From contig CAVSHO010000009.1 of the NCBI GenBank assembly GCA_963727825.1, forward strand, positions 480,001 to 544,000: a stretch of DNA of 64,000 nt, written 5' to 3'. A model generated the notes under the pieces. That model saw only the letters and a list, made by a program, of their open reading frames with translations, ran no database searches and was not told where the DNA came from. The stretch is from Ignavibacteriota bacterium (lineage in GTDB: Bacteria; Bacteroidota; Ignavibacteria; UBA10030). Position numbers and translations under genes: made by a program. Within the stretch, counting starts at the first letter, position 1, and each line of letters begins with the position of its first letter. Shown in pieces: positions 52,273 through 63,328 of this stretch.

Positions 52273-52740
52273 TTAATTCTTTGGAATTGTGTGAACAGTG
52301 AGTGTTATACTGCCGGAATATTTACAGGCGCGCTGTGATTTGGAAGGATGTAGGGCGCCGCCGATCCAAATATAGACGGTCTGATTTTGTTTCAGTGGCA
52401 ATACCAATGGTTGCCGCGGATCGAACGATGTGCGGGAAGACACGTTATCTATTATGGACCATCCGGCGCTTCTTTCATTGAAACTTACAGGAATTTTCTC
52501 CGGTCCATCCGTGTTGGTGAAAAAGCTGGGAAGCATTATGGTAATAGTTGCATTTGTTTCAATTTTCGATTGAATTTGAAATTTCGCCGCTCCGACATCT
52601 GATTGATCAAGACGTTTTTCCCTTCCACCGAAATCCGTTCCGAACGAAATATCGTTTAACTTGACGACTATCAGGTCAGGCTGACAATAAAGCACTGCAC
52701 TTTGAAGCATTAAGAGAAATATAATGCAAAATGGTTTCAC
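52273..52740 (-). CDS. DUF4402/SCPU-like pilin subunit without N-terminal extension
   Basis: Signal peptide; DISFG, AAKF, VYIWIGGAL, YSGSITLTV. Confidence 0.72.
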   Translation of the reverse strand: MKPFCIIFLLMLQSAVLYCQPDLIVVKLNDISFGTDFGGREKRLDQSDVGAAKFQIQSKIETNATITIMLPSFFTNTDGPEKIPVSFNERSAGWSIIDNVSSRTSFDPRQPLVLPLKQNQTVYIWIGGALHPSKSQRACKYSGSITLTVHTIPKN

Positions 52741-53228
52741 AGCTGTACTACCACAATTTGTATAATTCCAGTATAACTTCCGGCTACCTGATTATTTGAC
52801 GTCGTTACTCTTCCGCCTGCCCATATATAAAGATTTCCATCAGCGCCGGTAGCCGCCGATCCGCCTGTTGTATGTTTAAATTGCGTTGCCGATGCCGCAT
52901 CCGGAATTGTGTTGTAAATAGGAGATATCGTATAAAAATTCATTGTGTTGCTTCCGCAAATCAATTCATTCGGGAAAGTTATGGTGACCTGCACATTTGT
53001 ATTAACATCACCATTGAATAAAAACTCTGCTGCATGTGCATCTGTCGGTAGGACTGTCGTGTTCATTCCTACGATCAAATTGCCAAAGTCAAGATCGGCA
53101 AGCTTTGTAATAGTAGCAAATCCTAATACCGAAAATGTGCCCATTGCTGTTGCCGATGCTGTCACCTGAGCAATGCTCATACTGCCGAAAAGAGAAATGA
53201 ACAACATTGTTTGTTTAATGTATTTCAT
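52737..53228 (-). CDS. DUF4402/SCPU-like minor pilin
   Basis: Signal peptide; DLDFG, AAEFLFNG, LYIWAGG, QVAGSYTGIIQIVV. Confidence 0.78.
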   Translation of the reverse strand: MKYIKQTMLFISLFGSMSIAQVTASATAMGTFSVLGFATITKLADLDFGNLIVGMNTTVLPTDAHAAEFLFNGDVNTNVQVTITFPNELICGSNTMNFYTISPIYNTIPDAASATQFKHTTGGSAATGADGNLYIWAGGRVTTSNNQVAGSYTGIIQIVVVQL

Positions 53229-53273
53229 TATGACAATAAGGTATAAAAAGGATGTATGATTATCAACGAATGT

Positions 53274-53311
53274 ACAAAACGAAGGGGCTACCGTTTTCCG
53301 GTAACCCCTTG
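53274..53311 (-). terminator. Intrinsic terminator/attenuator after the major pilin gene
   Basis: Minus strand AAGGGGTTACCG-GAAAA-CGGTAGCCCCTT followed by CGTTTTGT. Confidence 0.75.
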
Positions 53312-53337
53312 CGAAAACTTACACTAATCTGATATCA

Positions 53338-53823
53338 TTATGGTTGTGTAACTGCAACTGTAATTTGACCAGTATACTGCCCTGCTACCTGTGCTGGATC
53401 TGCTGTAACTCCACCACCAGCATATATCCACAATTGACCTGCTCCGGTTGTGGTTGCTGCCCCGCCGGTCAACCCAGCTAATGCAGTAGATGTTGCAGGG
53501 TTCGCTACAGTATTTGTTCGCGGGATTTGCCCGGTGAACGTCATTGTGTTTGTGAGATAAGATAGTGTTGCAGGAAATGTAACCGTTATTGTTGATGAGG
53601 CATTTGCCGCTCCTGTGAACAGGAATGAAGCAGCATTAGCTACGTTTGATGCCCAGAATACTGTCTGCCCTTGAGTTGCAGTAAGGGCTGCCAAGTCAGT
53701 AAGTTTTCCCAATGTTAATGCTACATTAACATTGGCTGTTATATTTGCGTTCTGTGATACTTGCGCAAATGACACAACAGAAACAACCAACAATAAAACG
53801 ACGACTACGAGAAGCTTTTTCAT
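53338..53823 (-). CDS. DUF4402/SCPU-like major pilin candidate
   Basis: Signal peptide SFA|Q; AASFLFTG, LWIYAGG, QVAGQYTGQITVAV; first gene of the operon; Ala/Thr/Gly rich. Confidence 0.8.
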   Translation of the reverse strand: MKKLLVVVVLLLVVSVVSFAQVSQNANITANVNVALTLGKLTDLAALTATQGQTVFWASNVANAASFLFTGAANASSTITVTFPATLSYLTNTMTFTGQIPRTNTVANPATSTALAGLTGGAATTTGAGQLWIYAGGGVTADPAQVAGQYTGQITVAVTQP

Positions 53824-53910
53824 AAATTACCCTTTATATTGTATTAATGAATATGTGGTTTTACTAATTTACCCAATGAATTAATATAAAATACACTCTT
53901 ACTACTGGCA

Positions 53911-53951
53911 ATAGGTATTTTCACTTATTCGCCATAGGTGTTTCCACCTAT
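53911..53951. promoter_or_regulatory. Tandem 18-bp palindromic operator candidates upstream of the pilus operon
   Basis: ATAGGTA-TTTT-CACTTAT (53911-53928) and ATAGGTG-TTTC-CACCTAT (53934-53951). Confidence 0.6.
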
Positions 53952-54249
53952 ATAGAATTTATAACAAACTCAAGCAAAATTATCATTTTTCCCAATAACT
54001 ATCAAAAATGCTTATGATATACTTTCTTCCTGTTGGGATTAGAACATGGTATGCGGCACATAAGTTCCTACTATTTCTTGTCTCAGCAGTTTGAACAAAC
54101 AGTTAAAGAAAAATACCGTTGCTTAAATTTTGCAACAACCTAATTATACTTTTAACAAATAACTCACAAATATACATCCAATGGTAAGATGAATTTACTC
54201 TTCATCGAGCCAGCGATTTCATCTCATTTCTCGCATTTTCTTTTTTAAT

Positions 54250-54439
54250 TAGAACCTATCTCAAAAACAATAACGTAGTCAGTCTGAGTGAGCGCCTATG
54301 GCGCCGTCGCTTTCAGCGCCATCTCCGACATGGCGTAAAGCGCCACTTGTCGAATATTGACTATGTCCTGATTATTCACCCTTCGACGAGCTCAGGGGGA
54401 CATTTTTTATAGAATATTCTATTTTTGAGATGGCTTCTA
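54250..54439. mobile_element. MITE-like 190-bp element with 18-bp terminal inverted repeats and internal REP-like hairpins
   Basis: TAGAACCTATCTCAAAAA and TTTTTGAGATGGCTTCTA are 16/18 complementary; GC-rich interior in an AT-rich spacer. Confidence 0.6.
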
Positions 54440-54529
54440 GTAACAATATACCTGTGGTTTGCTTGAGCAGGCAAAAAACATTATATTTTTCGCAGTCAAT
54501 TACTCATTATCAAAGAGCGCTAAGCTATC

Positions 54530-55340
54530 GTGGCAAAAATTATTGTCGTAGCAAATCAAAAAGGAGGCGTTGGCAAAACTACTACCGCTATTAATTTAGC
54601 AGCTTCATTGGCTGCAGCGGAGAAGCGGGTTCTGTTGGTTGATAATGATCCGCAGGCAAATGCCACAAGCGGTGTTGGCTCCGCCGGTATTGATGGAAAA
54701 ACAATTTACGAGGTGCTCATTGGAGGAGCAGAAGCGGCAGAAGTAATCCAACCGACACAAATGCCTTACTTATCCGTTCTTCCATCGCATATCAATCTTG
54801 TCGGTGCTGAAATTGAAATGGTAGAGATGGAAAATCGAGAACACCTGCTCACGAACGCACTTCTGCCGGTGCGCGAGCGCTTCGACTTTGTAGTTGTAGA
54901 TTGTCCGCCTTCACTTGGCTTGTTGACTTTAAATGCTTTGACGGCAGCGGATTCTGTTCTCATTCCCGTTCAGTGCGAATACTTTGCACTTGAAGGACTC
55001 GGTCAGCTTTTCAGTACTATCAATATGGTTAAGAAGACATTGAATCCCAAACTAGACATCGAAGGCGTATTGCTGACAATGTTCGATTCGCGCCTTCGGC
55101 TCTCAAACCAAATTGTTGAAGAAGTGAAACGTTACTTCGGCGATAAAGTTTTCGCCACGATTGTTTCACGCAATATCCGATTAAGCGAAGCGCCAAGTTT
55201 CGGCAAACCGATTATTCTTTACGATGCCATCTGCACCGGCACGACGAAATTATATGGAACTTGCAAAAGAAGTATTAAAGAACAACAAGTTCTTTGCCGT
55301 CGAACCTCTGTTAAATGAAAATACTTTCATCGGACCATAA
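54530..55340 (+). CDS. parA: Chromosome partitioning ATPase ParA/Soj; +1 frameshift near 55244
   Basis: [43 protein letters not shown]. The canonical end [11 protein letters not shown] is in another frame, ending at TAA 55340. Confidence 0.95.
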
Positions 55341-55344
55341 GCTT

Positions 55345-56253
55345 ATGAGTGATCAGAAAAAATCAGTTCTTGGACGCGGACTTAATGCGCTCATCCCGAA
55401 AAACCCGCGGATGGAAGTAAACGTGCGGGACGGTTCAGTAGGACACGACACAGGCGAGATGGGCATAATTGCCAGTATCGACATCGCCAAGATTCAGTCA
55501 AATCCATTCCAACCACGCATTGATTTCGATCAAGAATCGCTCAAAGAACTCACACATTCGATACAGGAAAAAGGCGTCATTCAGCCGATTACCGTGCGGC
55601 GGATTGATGCGGGGTATCAAATTATTTCCGGTGAACGGCGTCTTCGCGCAACTCAAGCGGCGCACCTGCGGCAAATTCCCGCATACATCATTGCAGTCGA
55701 AACCGACGAAGAAATGCTGGAGCTTGCCCTCATCGAAAACATTCAGCGCGAATATCTGAACTCGATGGAAATTGCCAACGCCTACCAGCGCCTCATCGAT
55801 GAATGCCACATGTCACAGGATGACATTGCGAAGCGCGTCGGCAAAGACCGAAGCACCGTTACTAATTTCATCCGCTTGCTGAAACTGCCGATGAAAATAC
55901 AGGATGGATTGCGGAAAGATAAAATTTCGATGGGGCATGCGCGCGCACTTATCGCGCTTCCAAATGAACGAATACAGCTACGGCTTTACGAAAAAATTGT
56001 AGATGGCGGACTATCCGTGCGGAAAGTGGAAGATATTGTCCGCGCCGCTCAACAACCTAAGAAAAAATCCGGGCCGCACAAAGAAAACAGCGGCGCATCG
56101 GCAAGCATTCAAAGTTTGGAAGAGCGATTGCGCCAGGCACTCGGCACAAAAGTTAAAGTAAAAACCAAAGGATCGGGACGCGGCGAGATTGTAGTGGAAT
56201 ACTATTCACTTGACGATTTTGACCGGTTGATGGATTTATTCACTGGAAAGTAA
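55345..56253 (+). CDS. parB: Chromosome partitioning protein ParB/Spo0J
   Basis: LGRGLNALI, NPFQPR, GERRLRA, LIENIQRE, MGHARAL; start placed at ATG 55345. Confidence 0.96.
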   Translation: MSDQKKSVLGRGLNALIPKNPRMEVNVRDGSVGHDTGEMGIIASIDIAKIQSNPFQPRIDFDQESLKELTHSIQEKGVIQPITVRRIDAGYQIISGERRLRATQAAHLRQIPAYIIAVETDEEMLELALIENIQREYLNSMEIANAYQRLIDECHMSQDDIAKRVGKDRSTVTNFIRLLKLPMKIQDGLRKDKISMGHARALIALPNERIQLRLYEKIVDGGLSVRKVEDIVRAAQQPKKKSGPHKENSGASASIQSLEERLRQALGTKVKVKTKGSGRGEIVVEYYSLDDFDRLMDLFTGK

Positions 56254-56351
56254 TAATTAGGAATTTTGTATTAGGGGTTAGTGATTGTAAAATATATCAG
56301 AAATTTCGCTTTTGACTTTTTTCTTAACACAATAATAATACTGAATTAATC

Positions 56352-56741
56352 ATGTCAATTAAAAAAATTCTAACCGAAAAAGCTCCCGCACCAATTGGCC
56401 CTTACAGTCAGGCAATTCTGGTAGATGGAAAATTTCTTTACACTGCCGGACAGGTACCAATAGATCCTGCAACAGGCAAAATTGTTGAAGGTGACATTAG
56501 AGTGCAAACTCGACAAGTATTGAAAAATCTTGAAGCAATTCTTATTGCGGGAGGCGCTTCACTTAAGTCTGTCATAAAGACAACTGTTTTTTTAAAAAAT
56601 ATGAATGACTTTGCGGTAATGAATGAAGTGTACGCAGAATTTCTTGGCGACGCTTCCCCGGCGCGCAGTGCAGTGGAAGTAGCTCGCTTACCGCGCGATG
56701 TTAGTATAGAAATTGAAGCAATTGCTATTGTTGAGAAATGA
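56352..56741 (+). CDS. ridA: RidA family enamine/imine deaminase
   Basis: [36 protein letters not shown]. Confidence 0.94.
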   Translation: MSIKKILTEKAPAPIGPYSQAILVDGKFLYTAGQVPIDPATGKIVEGDIRVQTRQVLKNLEAILIAGGASLKSVIKTTVFLKNMNDFAVMNEVYAEFLGDASPARSAVEVARLPRDVSIEIEAIAIVEK

Positions 56742-57343
56742 ACGCTGGCTTGAATATTTTCCCAATGAAAAACTATTCGGCATTACTTGTGATCACTTCG
56801 ATATTCTTTTTTATTTCATACACTAATACCGACGCACAAACCAAAGTCACATCGGCTTTAATAAAACCGGATACGGCAGAAGCTCAGTACCAATTAAACG
56901 ACTCACTCGGCATTCGAGGCGGAAAAATAAAACTCATCTCTGATGTGCATGCCAAATCCGGATCGTTAGCGATGTTGTTCTCCGCTTTGCTGCCGGGAGC
57001 CGGTCAGGTATATGCTCATCGGTACTATACAATTCCATTCATTTGGGGATTTAGCGCTTACTTTATTTCGGTGGCAATAAAAGCGAATAATCAATATATG
57101 GACTATCGTGGAAAATTCTCGGAATCGGTTAAGTTGGATATAATAAATAATTCTGGAGATCAAAACCTATTAAGTGCACGCGATTTCTATCACGATCAGC
57201 GAGACGAATATATTCTCTACTTTGGCCTGACATATTTTCTCAATATAATTGACGCCTACGTTGGTGCAACACTGTTCGACTTTGATGTTTCAGATGAACT
57301 TGGCGGCAGCGCAAAAATTCAGTTTCATGTTCCTCTTCGCTAA
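56738..57343 (+). CDS. DUF5683-like membrane protein
   Basis: [29 protein letters not shown]. Confidence 0.75.
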   Translation: MNAGLNIFPMKNYSALLVITSIFFFISYTNTDAQTKVTSALIKPDTAEAQYQLNDSLGIRGGKIKLISDVHAKSGSLAMLFSALLPGAGQVYAHRYYTIPFIWGFSAYFISVAIKANNQYMDYRGKFSESVKLDIINNSGDQNLLSARDFYHDQRDEYILYFGLTYFLNIIDAYVGATLFDFDVSDELGGSAKIQFHVPLR

Positions 57344-57575
57344 GCAAGCAAATCTCGCAACGCACCTTCAAGTTTCAGAAATTGAAATTTAAATTCGACA
57401 TCAATCAGTTTTTGGGAAAGCATTGCGGTGGCGTCAGGAGTTGTCTCCTGACGCTGACATTGGTAATTTCCATGATTTTTACTTTACAGTGTCAGGACGA
57501 AAGTCCTGACACCAATCTTATACACCTCTTCGCTAAGCAAGCAGATCTTTCAATGTACTTTCAAACTTCGGAAAT
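57332..57575 (+). repeat. About 51-bp degenerate direct repeat (19 bp exact) enclosing an inverted pair of REP-like hairpins
   Basis: CCTCTTCGCTAAGCAAGCA at 57332 and 57525; hairpins GCGTCAGGAG-TTGT-CTCCTGACGC (57431-57454) and GTGTCAGGAC-GAAA-GTCCTGACAC (57489-57512). Confidence 0.75.
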
Positions 57576-57602
57576 GGTTAGTGATGTCCCGACCGCATTA
57601 AA

Positions 57603-57840
57603 ATGGCAGACATGTGCAACGGGAAAGGATATGCGACCGAGGCTTCGATAAAAACGATTTATTACATTTTTAATGAGTTAAACAAGTACCGAATAATATC
57701 CTCAATTGAGCCAAGAAATAAAAAATCAATAGGATTGGTCGAGCGATTAGGTTTTAGGAAAGAGGCACATTTTAAGGAAAGTGTTTTGGTTCGTGAAGAG
57801 ATTTAGTCTATGCAATTCTTAAAGATGAATGGATGAAAGG
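57603..57840 (+). pseudogene. Remnant C-terminal half of a RimJ/RimL-type GNAT acetyltransferase
   Basis: GKGYATEA, NKKSIGLVERLGFRKEAHF, then DLVYAILKDEW in another frame; N-terminal half absent. Confidence 0.75.
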
Positions 57841-57897
57841 TAGAGTCCGATCACCAGATCGGACAATATGAGAGTCCAGTCGGTGATTGGACTCTAC
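57840..57897. repeat. GTAG-type REP doublet (REPIN-like)
   Basis: GTAGA-GTCCGATC-ACCA-GATCGGAC ... GTCCAGTC-GGT-GATTGGAC-TCTAC, two hairpins in inverted orientation. Confidence 0.72.
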
Positions 57898-57973
57898 ACT
57901 GACTTCTGATTTCTACTTCGCTTTCTCTCACCTTGCTCTTCTGCGCATTTTCCGGTATATTTTCAATAGTTAG

Positions 57974-59880
<1,907 letters not shown>

Positions 59881-59942
59881 GAGATTCGATTAAATGATTT
59901 GGTGATTTTTTTGATTGAGATAACAATAAATTGGAAATAATT

Positions 59943-60850
59943 ATGAGCAACGACAAAAAACAGAAAAAAGAAGAGCCGCCAATAGCGACTACATTCAAAG
60001 AAAAAACACTGGCATTCCTAAAAGAAACAGGAATTGTCCTGGGTTTGTTTCTTCTCATCAATAATTTTGTAATTGCATCTTTCCTTGTTCCGACTGGTTC
60101 AATGGAAAATGAAGTGCTCACTGGCGAACTGCTCTTCGTCAACAAATTTATCTATGGCGGAACTTCGCCCCGGAATATTCCATTTCACAAATGTGCGTCT
60201 GCCATGGTTTCGCATTCCAGCATTCAGAGATGTGAAGCGCGGTGATGTGATTGTGTTTGTTTTCCCCGGTATGCGGGACGAAGTAGAATCACCGGATTTT
60301 ACTTTCTATCTGAAACGATGTGTTGGGAGTTTCAGGGGATACAATTCAGATACGCAACCGGGTATTATCTGTCAATGGACAAATGTTGCCTTTGCCGCGC
60401 AATGTGAAATTCGATCATGGGTGGTCAGTTCCAGCAACCGAACCAGATGATCGCATTTTCCCGGCCGGTTCTGGTTGGAATGAAGACAACTTCGGTCCAC
60501 TTGTGGTACCAAAACAAGGAATGATGATTGCATTAAATGCACAAAATATTTCCGCTTGGCAAATATTTATCCAACGGGAGGGACATACGGTAGAGTCTGT
60601 TGCAGGAACCGTGTTTGTGGATGGCAAACCGGCAACATCTTATACTGTACAGCGTGATTATCTGTTTGGTATGGGTGACCACCGCGACAATAGCCTTGAC
60701 GGCCGCTACTGGGGTTTTATTCCCAAAGAAAATATTGTCGGCACACCTATGATCGTCTATTGGTCATGGAACACCGATCTTCCTTTATACGATATTTTCG
60801 GAAGACTCGCTTCCGTGCGATGGGGCCGCATTGGGTCGCTCATTAAATAA
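59943..60850 (+). CDS. lepB: Signal peptidase I, about 301 aa; two +1 frameshifts (near 60184 and 60325)
   Basis: PTGSMEN (Ser), RGDVIVF, YLKRCVG (Lys) and MGDHRDNSLDGRYWGF spread over three ORF fragments. Confidence 0.9.
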
Positions 60851-61773
60851 TGCCGGAACAATCGAAGCATAACAAGATTACGAAAAAAACAGATCCTTCT
60901 CTGCTCAAAGAGAAAAATCTTGCCTTAACGCTGATCGAGTACGGCAAAACGATTCTAATCACTATGCTTGTGGCGCTGGTTCTGAAATTATTTGTGATTG
61001 ATGCATACCGCATTCCATCCAAGTCAATGGAAAACACACTTCAAGTCGGCGATTTTTTATTAGTGAACAAATTAGCCTACGGCATTCACACGCCTCGCCA
61101 TTTACCATTTACGGCGACCTCGCTCTTTTCATTTACTTTTTCCTTATTTCGGAATGTACATCGCGGTGACGTAGTAGTGTTCGAATTCCCCGGTGGCAAA
61201 AACGAAGTGGAACCAACAGAATCAGTGAATTACATTAAACGATGCATTGGATTACCCGGTGATACGATAGAAATTCGATATGGCAAAGTACTTGTTAATG
61301 GAATCGAAACAAGCTTTCCTATACAAGGCAAAAATACAATTCACTTAACCGACAATGCTTTTCGACGAAACGCAGAAATGTACCCGGAGGGTTCGGCATT
61401 CAGTGATGTCAATTATGGACCGGTGGTCGTGCCAAAACGAAATGACATTCTAAAAATTGATCCTGCAACATTTTCTCAATGGCGCATTTTTATCGAGCGC
61501 GAAGGGCATAGCGTTCAAATCAATGCCGATACGATTCTCATTGATGGTGCAGTGACTTCTAATTATCGCATACAGCAGAACTACTACTTTGTTCTTGGCG
61601 ACAATCGCGATAACAGTATGGACAGCCGCTATTGGGGATTTGTACCAAATGATCATTTAATCGGTGAAGCACTATTTATTTATTGGTCATGGGATCCAGA
61701 AATTCCGGTATATAGCATATCTGAAAAATATTCAACTATCAGATGGAATAGAATTGGAACGCTGATACGATAA
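60850..61773 (+). CDS. lepB: Second signal peptidase I paralogue (intact)
   Basis: IPSKSMENTL, RGDVVVF, YIKRCIGLPGD, LGDNRDNSMDSRYWGF. Confidence 0.95.
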   Translation: MPEQSKHNKITKKTDPSLLKEKNLALTLIEYGKTILITMLVALVLKLFVIDAYRIPSKSMENTLQVGDFLLVNKLAYGIHTPRHLPFTATSLFSFTFSLFRNVHRGDVVVFEFPGGKNEVEPTESVNYIKRCIGLPGDTIEIRYGKVLVNGIETSFPIQGKNTIHLTDNAFRRNAEMYPEGSAFSDVNYGPVVVPKRNDILKIDPATFSQWRIFIEREGHSVQINADTILIDGAVTSNYRIQQNYYFVLGDNRDNSMDSRYWGFVPNDHLIGEALFIYWSWDPEIPVYSISEKYSTIRWNRIGTLIR

Positions 61774-61856
61774 GAAGTGAAGTTTTAACCTATCATTTCC
61801 ACTGAACACTTGTCATTGCTTTCTTCAAACGCAATAAAAATCATAATGGTGCTATT

Positions 61857-61892
61857 AAAAAAGCCTACAAGTTGAATAAACCTGTAGGCTTT
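61857..61892. terminator. Intrinsic terminator between convergent genes
   Basis: AAAGCCTACA ... TGTAGGCTTT inverted repeat with A/T flanks. Confidence 0.7.
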
Positions 61893-61914
61893 CCTTAAAA
61901 AAATGATCGTTTCT

Positions 61915-62766
61915 TTACATCAAATTAAAACTGATTCCCAATGCAAGGGTTTGTTTGATCTGCGTTCTTGCCTGCACTTGAGGATCGTTGATGAGCTGGA
62001 CATTTAAGTTCATAGAAATGAGTTTATTCACTTTTGCCGAAAGCGTATTATCACTTCGCACAGTCATACGATCGAATTGCTTCACGGGTGCGAATATTTC
62101 TAGTTTGGCATTCAGAACAATGTTCTCCATTATTGTCCAAGCAACTTCAGTAACCGATTCCAGACCGCCATCAACCTCTATTGTTTTTGTTGAATCGCCT
62201 ATATATGCCATTGCATATTTATTCACTACAATTTCACGCAAAGAAACACCTAATCTTGTCTTAACTACCGGGCCGGGCTGGTAACCAATACCAGCGGTTT
62301 GTGTAATATAAGCCGGATCAAAGAAATTCGAGACAGGCATTGCATTGCCAAGCGCATCATACTTGACGCCTTCTGTAAATTGCGTCTTTAGGGAAGCAGA
62401 CACAAACGGATTGATATATGTTTCAATTTTATAAGTAAAAACACTTTCCAGATCGATATCGTCATCCGTTTTGCGGATGCCCTGTGAACCAAGTTTTGCC
62501 TGTCCATATCCAAATTTATAGCTGTTTACCCAATTGACCACGTCAACTGCATATGTAGATTTCCCTTCTAAAAACAATGCATACGCAAGCGCATTTTCAC
62601 CTCCTTGCGCCCAATCTGTAAAAGATACCTGCGTAACATTTGCACTGATTATCATCGTGTGCTTCCACGATGTGTCGGTCAACGCCGTCGGTACTACGGG
62701 CTTGGATTCCTGTGCTACAGCAATGCTTGCTGTGAATAATAACAAAAATGATAGTATTGTTTTCAT
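61915..62766 (-). CDS. DUF3078 outer-membrane beta-barrel-like protein
   Basis: Signal peptide; QVSFTDWAQGGEN, RKTDD, FFDPAY, QTLALGISF. Confidence 0.82.
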   Translation of the reverse strand: MKTILSFLLLFTASIAVAQESKPVVPTALTDTSWKHTMIISANVTQVSFTDWAQGGENALAYALFLEGKSTYAVDVVNWVNSYKFGYGQAKLGSQGIRKTDDDIDLESVFTYKIETYINPFVSASLKTQFTEGVKYDALGNAMPVSNFFDPAYITQTAGIGYQPGPVVKTRLGVSLREIVVNKYAMAYIGDSTKTIEVDGGLESVTEVAWTIMENIVLNAKLEIFAPVKQFDRMTVRSDNTLSAKVNKLISMNLNVQLINDPQVQARTQIKQTLALGISFNLM

Positions 62767-62797
62767 AACACTCCTCGTATGGTAATAAATGTTGATA

Positions 62798-63220
62798 CTA
62801 TTTTAGAACGGTCGTACAATATCCGCATCGCTTCGCTTTGATAGGAATTGCCATCAAGCATTCCGGACATTCTTTTGTTGTTGAAATTGCCGTTACGGTT
62901 TCCGGTTTTTTTACTAGCCGATTCATTGCCTGAATAATCATAAACATTGCGAAAGCAACTATAAGAAAGTCGATGAGAATATTGATAAACATTCCGTATT
63001 TAATCACAACGGCTGCATGATCCGCGGCAGCTTCTTTTATGGTAATACCAAGATTGCTAAAATCCATGCCGCCGATAAGCATACCTATTGGTGGCATTAT
63101 AATATCGCTAACAAGTGAACTGATGATTTTGCCAAATGCCGCACCAATAATAATACCAACTGCCATATCGACAACATTGCCGCGCATTGCAAACGATTTG
63201 AATTCTTTAAACAGTGACAT
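62798..63220 (-). CDS. mscL: Large-conductance mechanosensitive channel with C-terminal Cys4 ribbon
   Basis: [29 protein letters not shown]; tail CPEC..CGYC. Confidence 0.95.
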   Translation of the reverse strand: MSLFKEFKSFAMRGNVVDMAVGIIIGAAFGKIISSLVSDIIMPPIGMLIGGMDFSNLGITIKEAAADHAAVVIKYGMFINILIDFLIVAFAMFMIIQAMNRLVKKPETVTAISTTKECPECLMAIPIKAKRCGYCTTVLK

Positions 63221-63328
63221 GAATACCTCCTTTTATAGGTTAAAGAGATGCTCTACTCAAACTATTGACACGAATTAGAACAATGGTAATGAGTAAATGA
63301 ATTCCGGGGATTGATCAAACTATCGATT

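Noticed and set aside
55162-55177. parS-like half sites (TGTTTCACG at 55162 and near 36204; CGTGAAACA near 47228)
   Set aside because: Only half of the 16-bp TGTTTCACGTGAAACA palindrome matches in each case
57382-57651. 89-aa ORF on the + strand
   Set aside because: It runs through REP hairpins and the direct repeat, starts at TTG and has no recognisable motif; probably spurious
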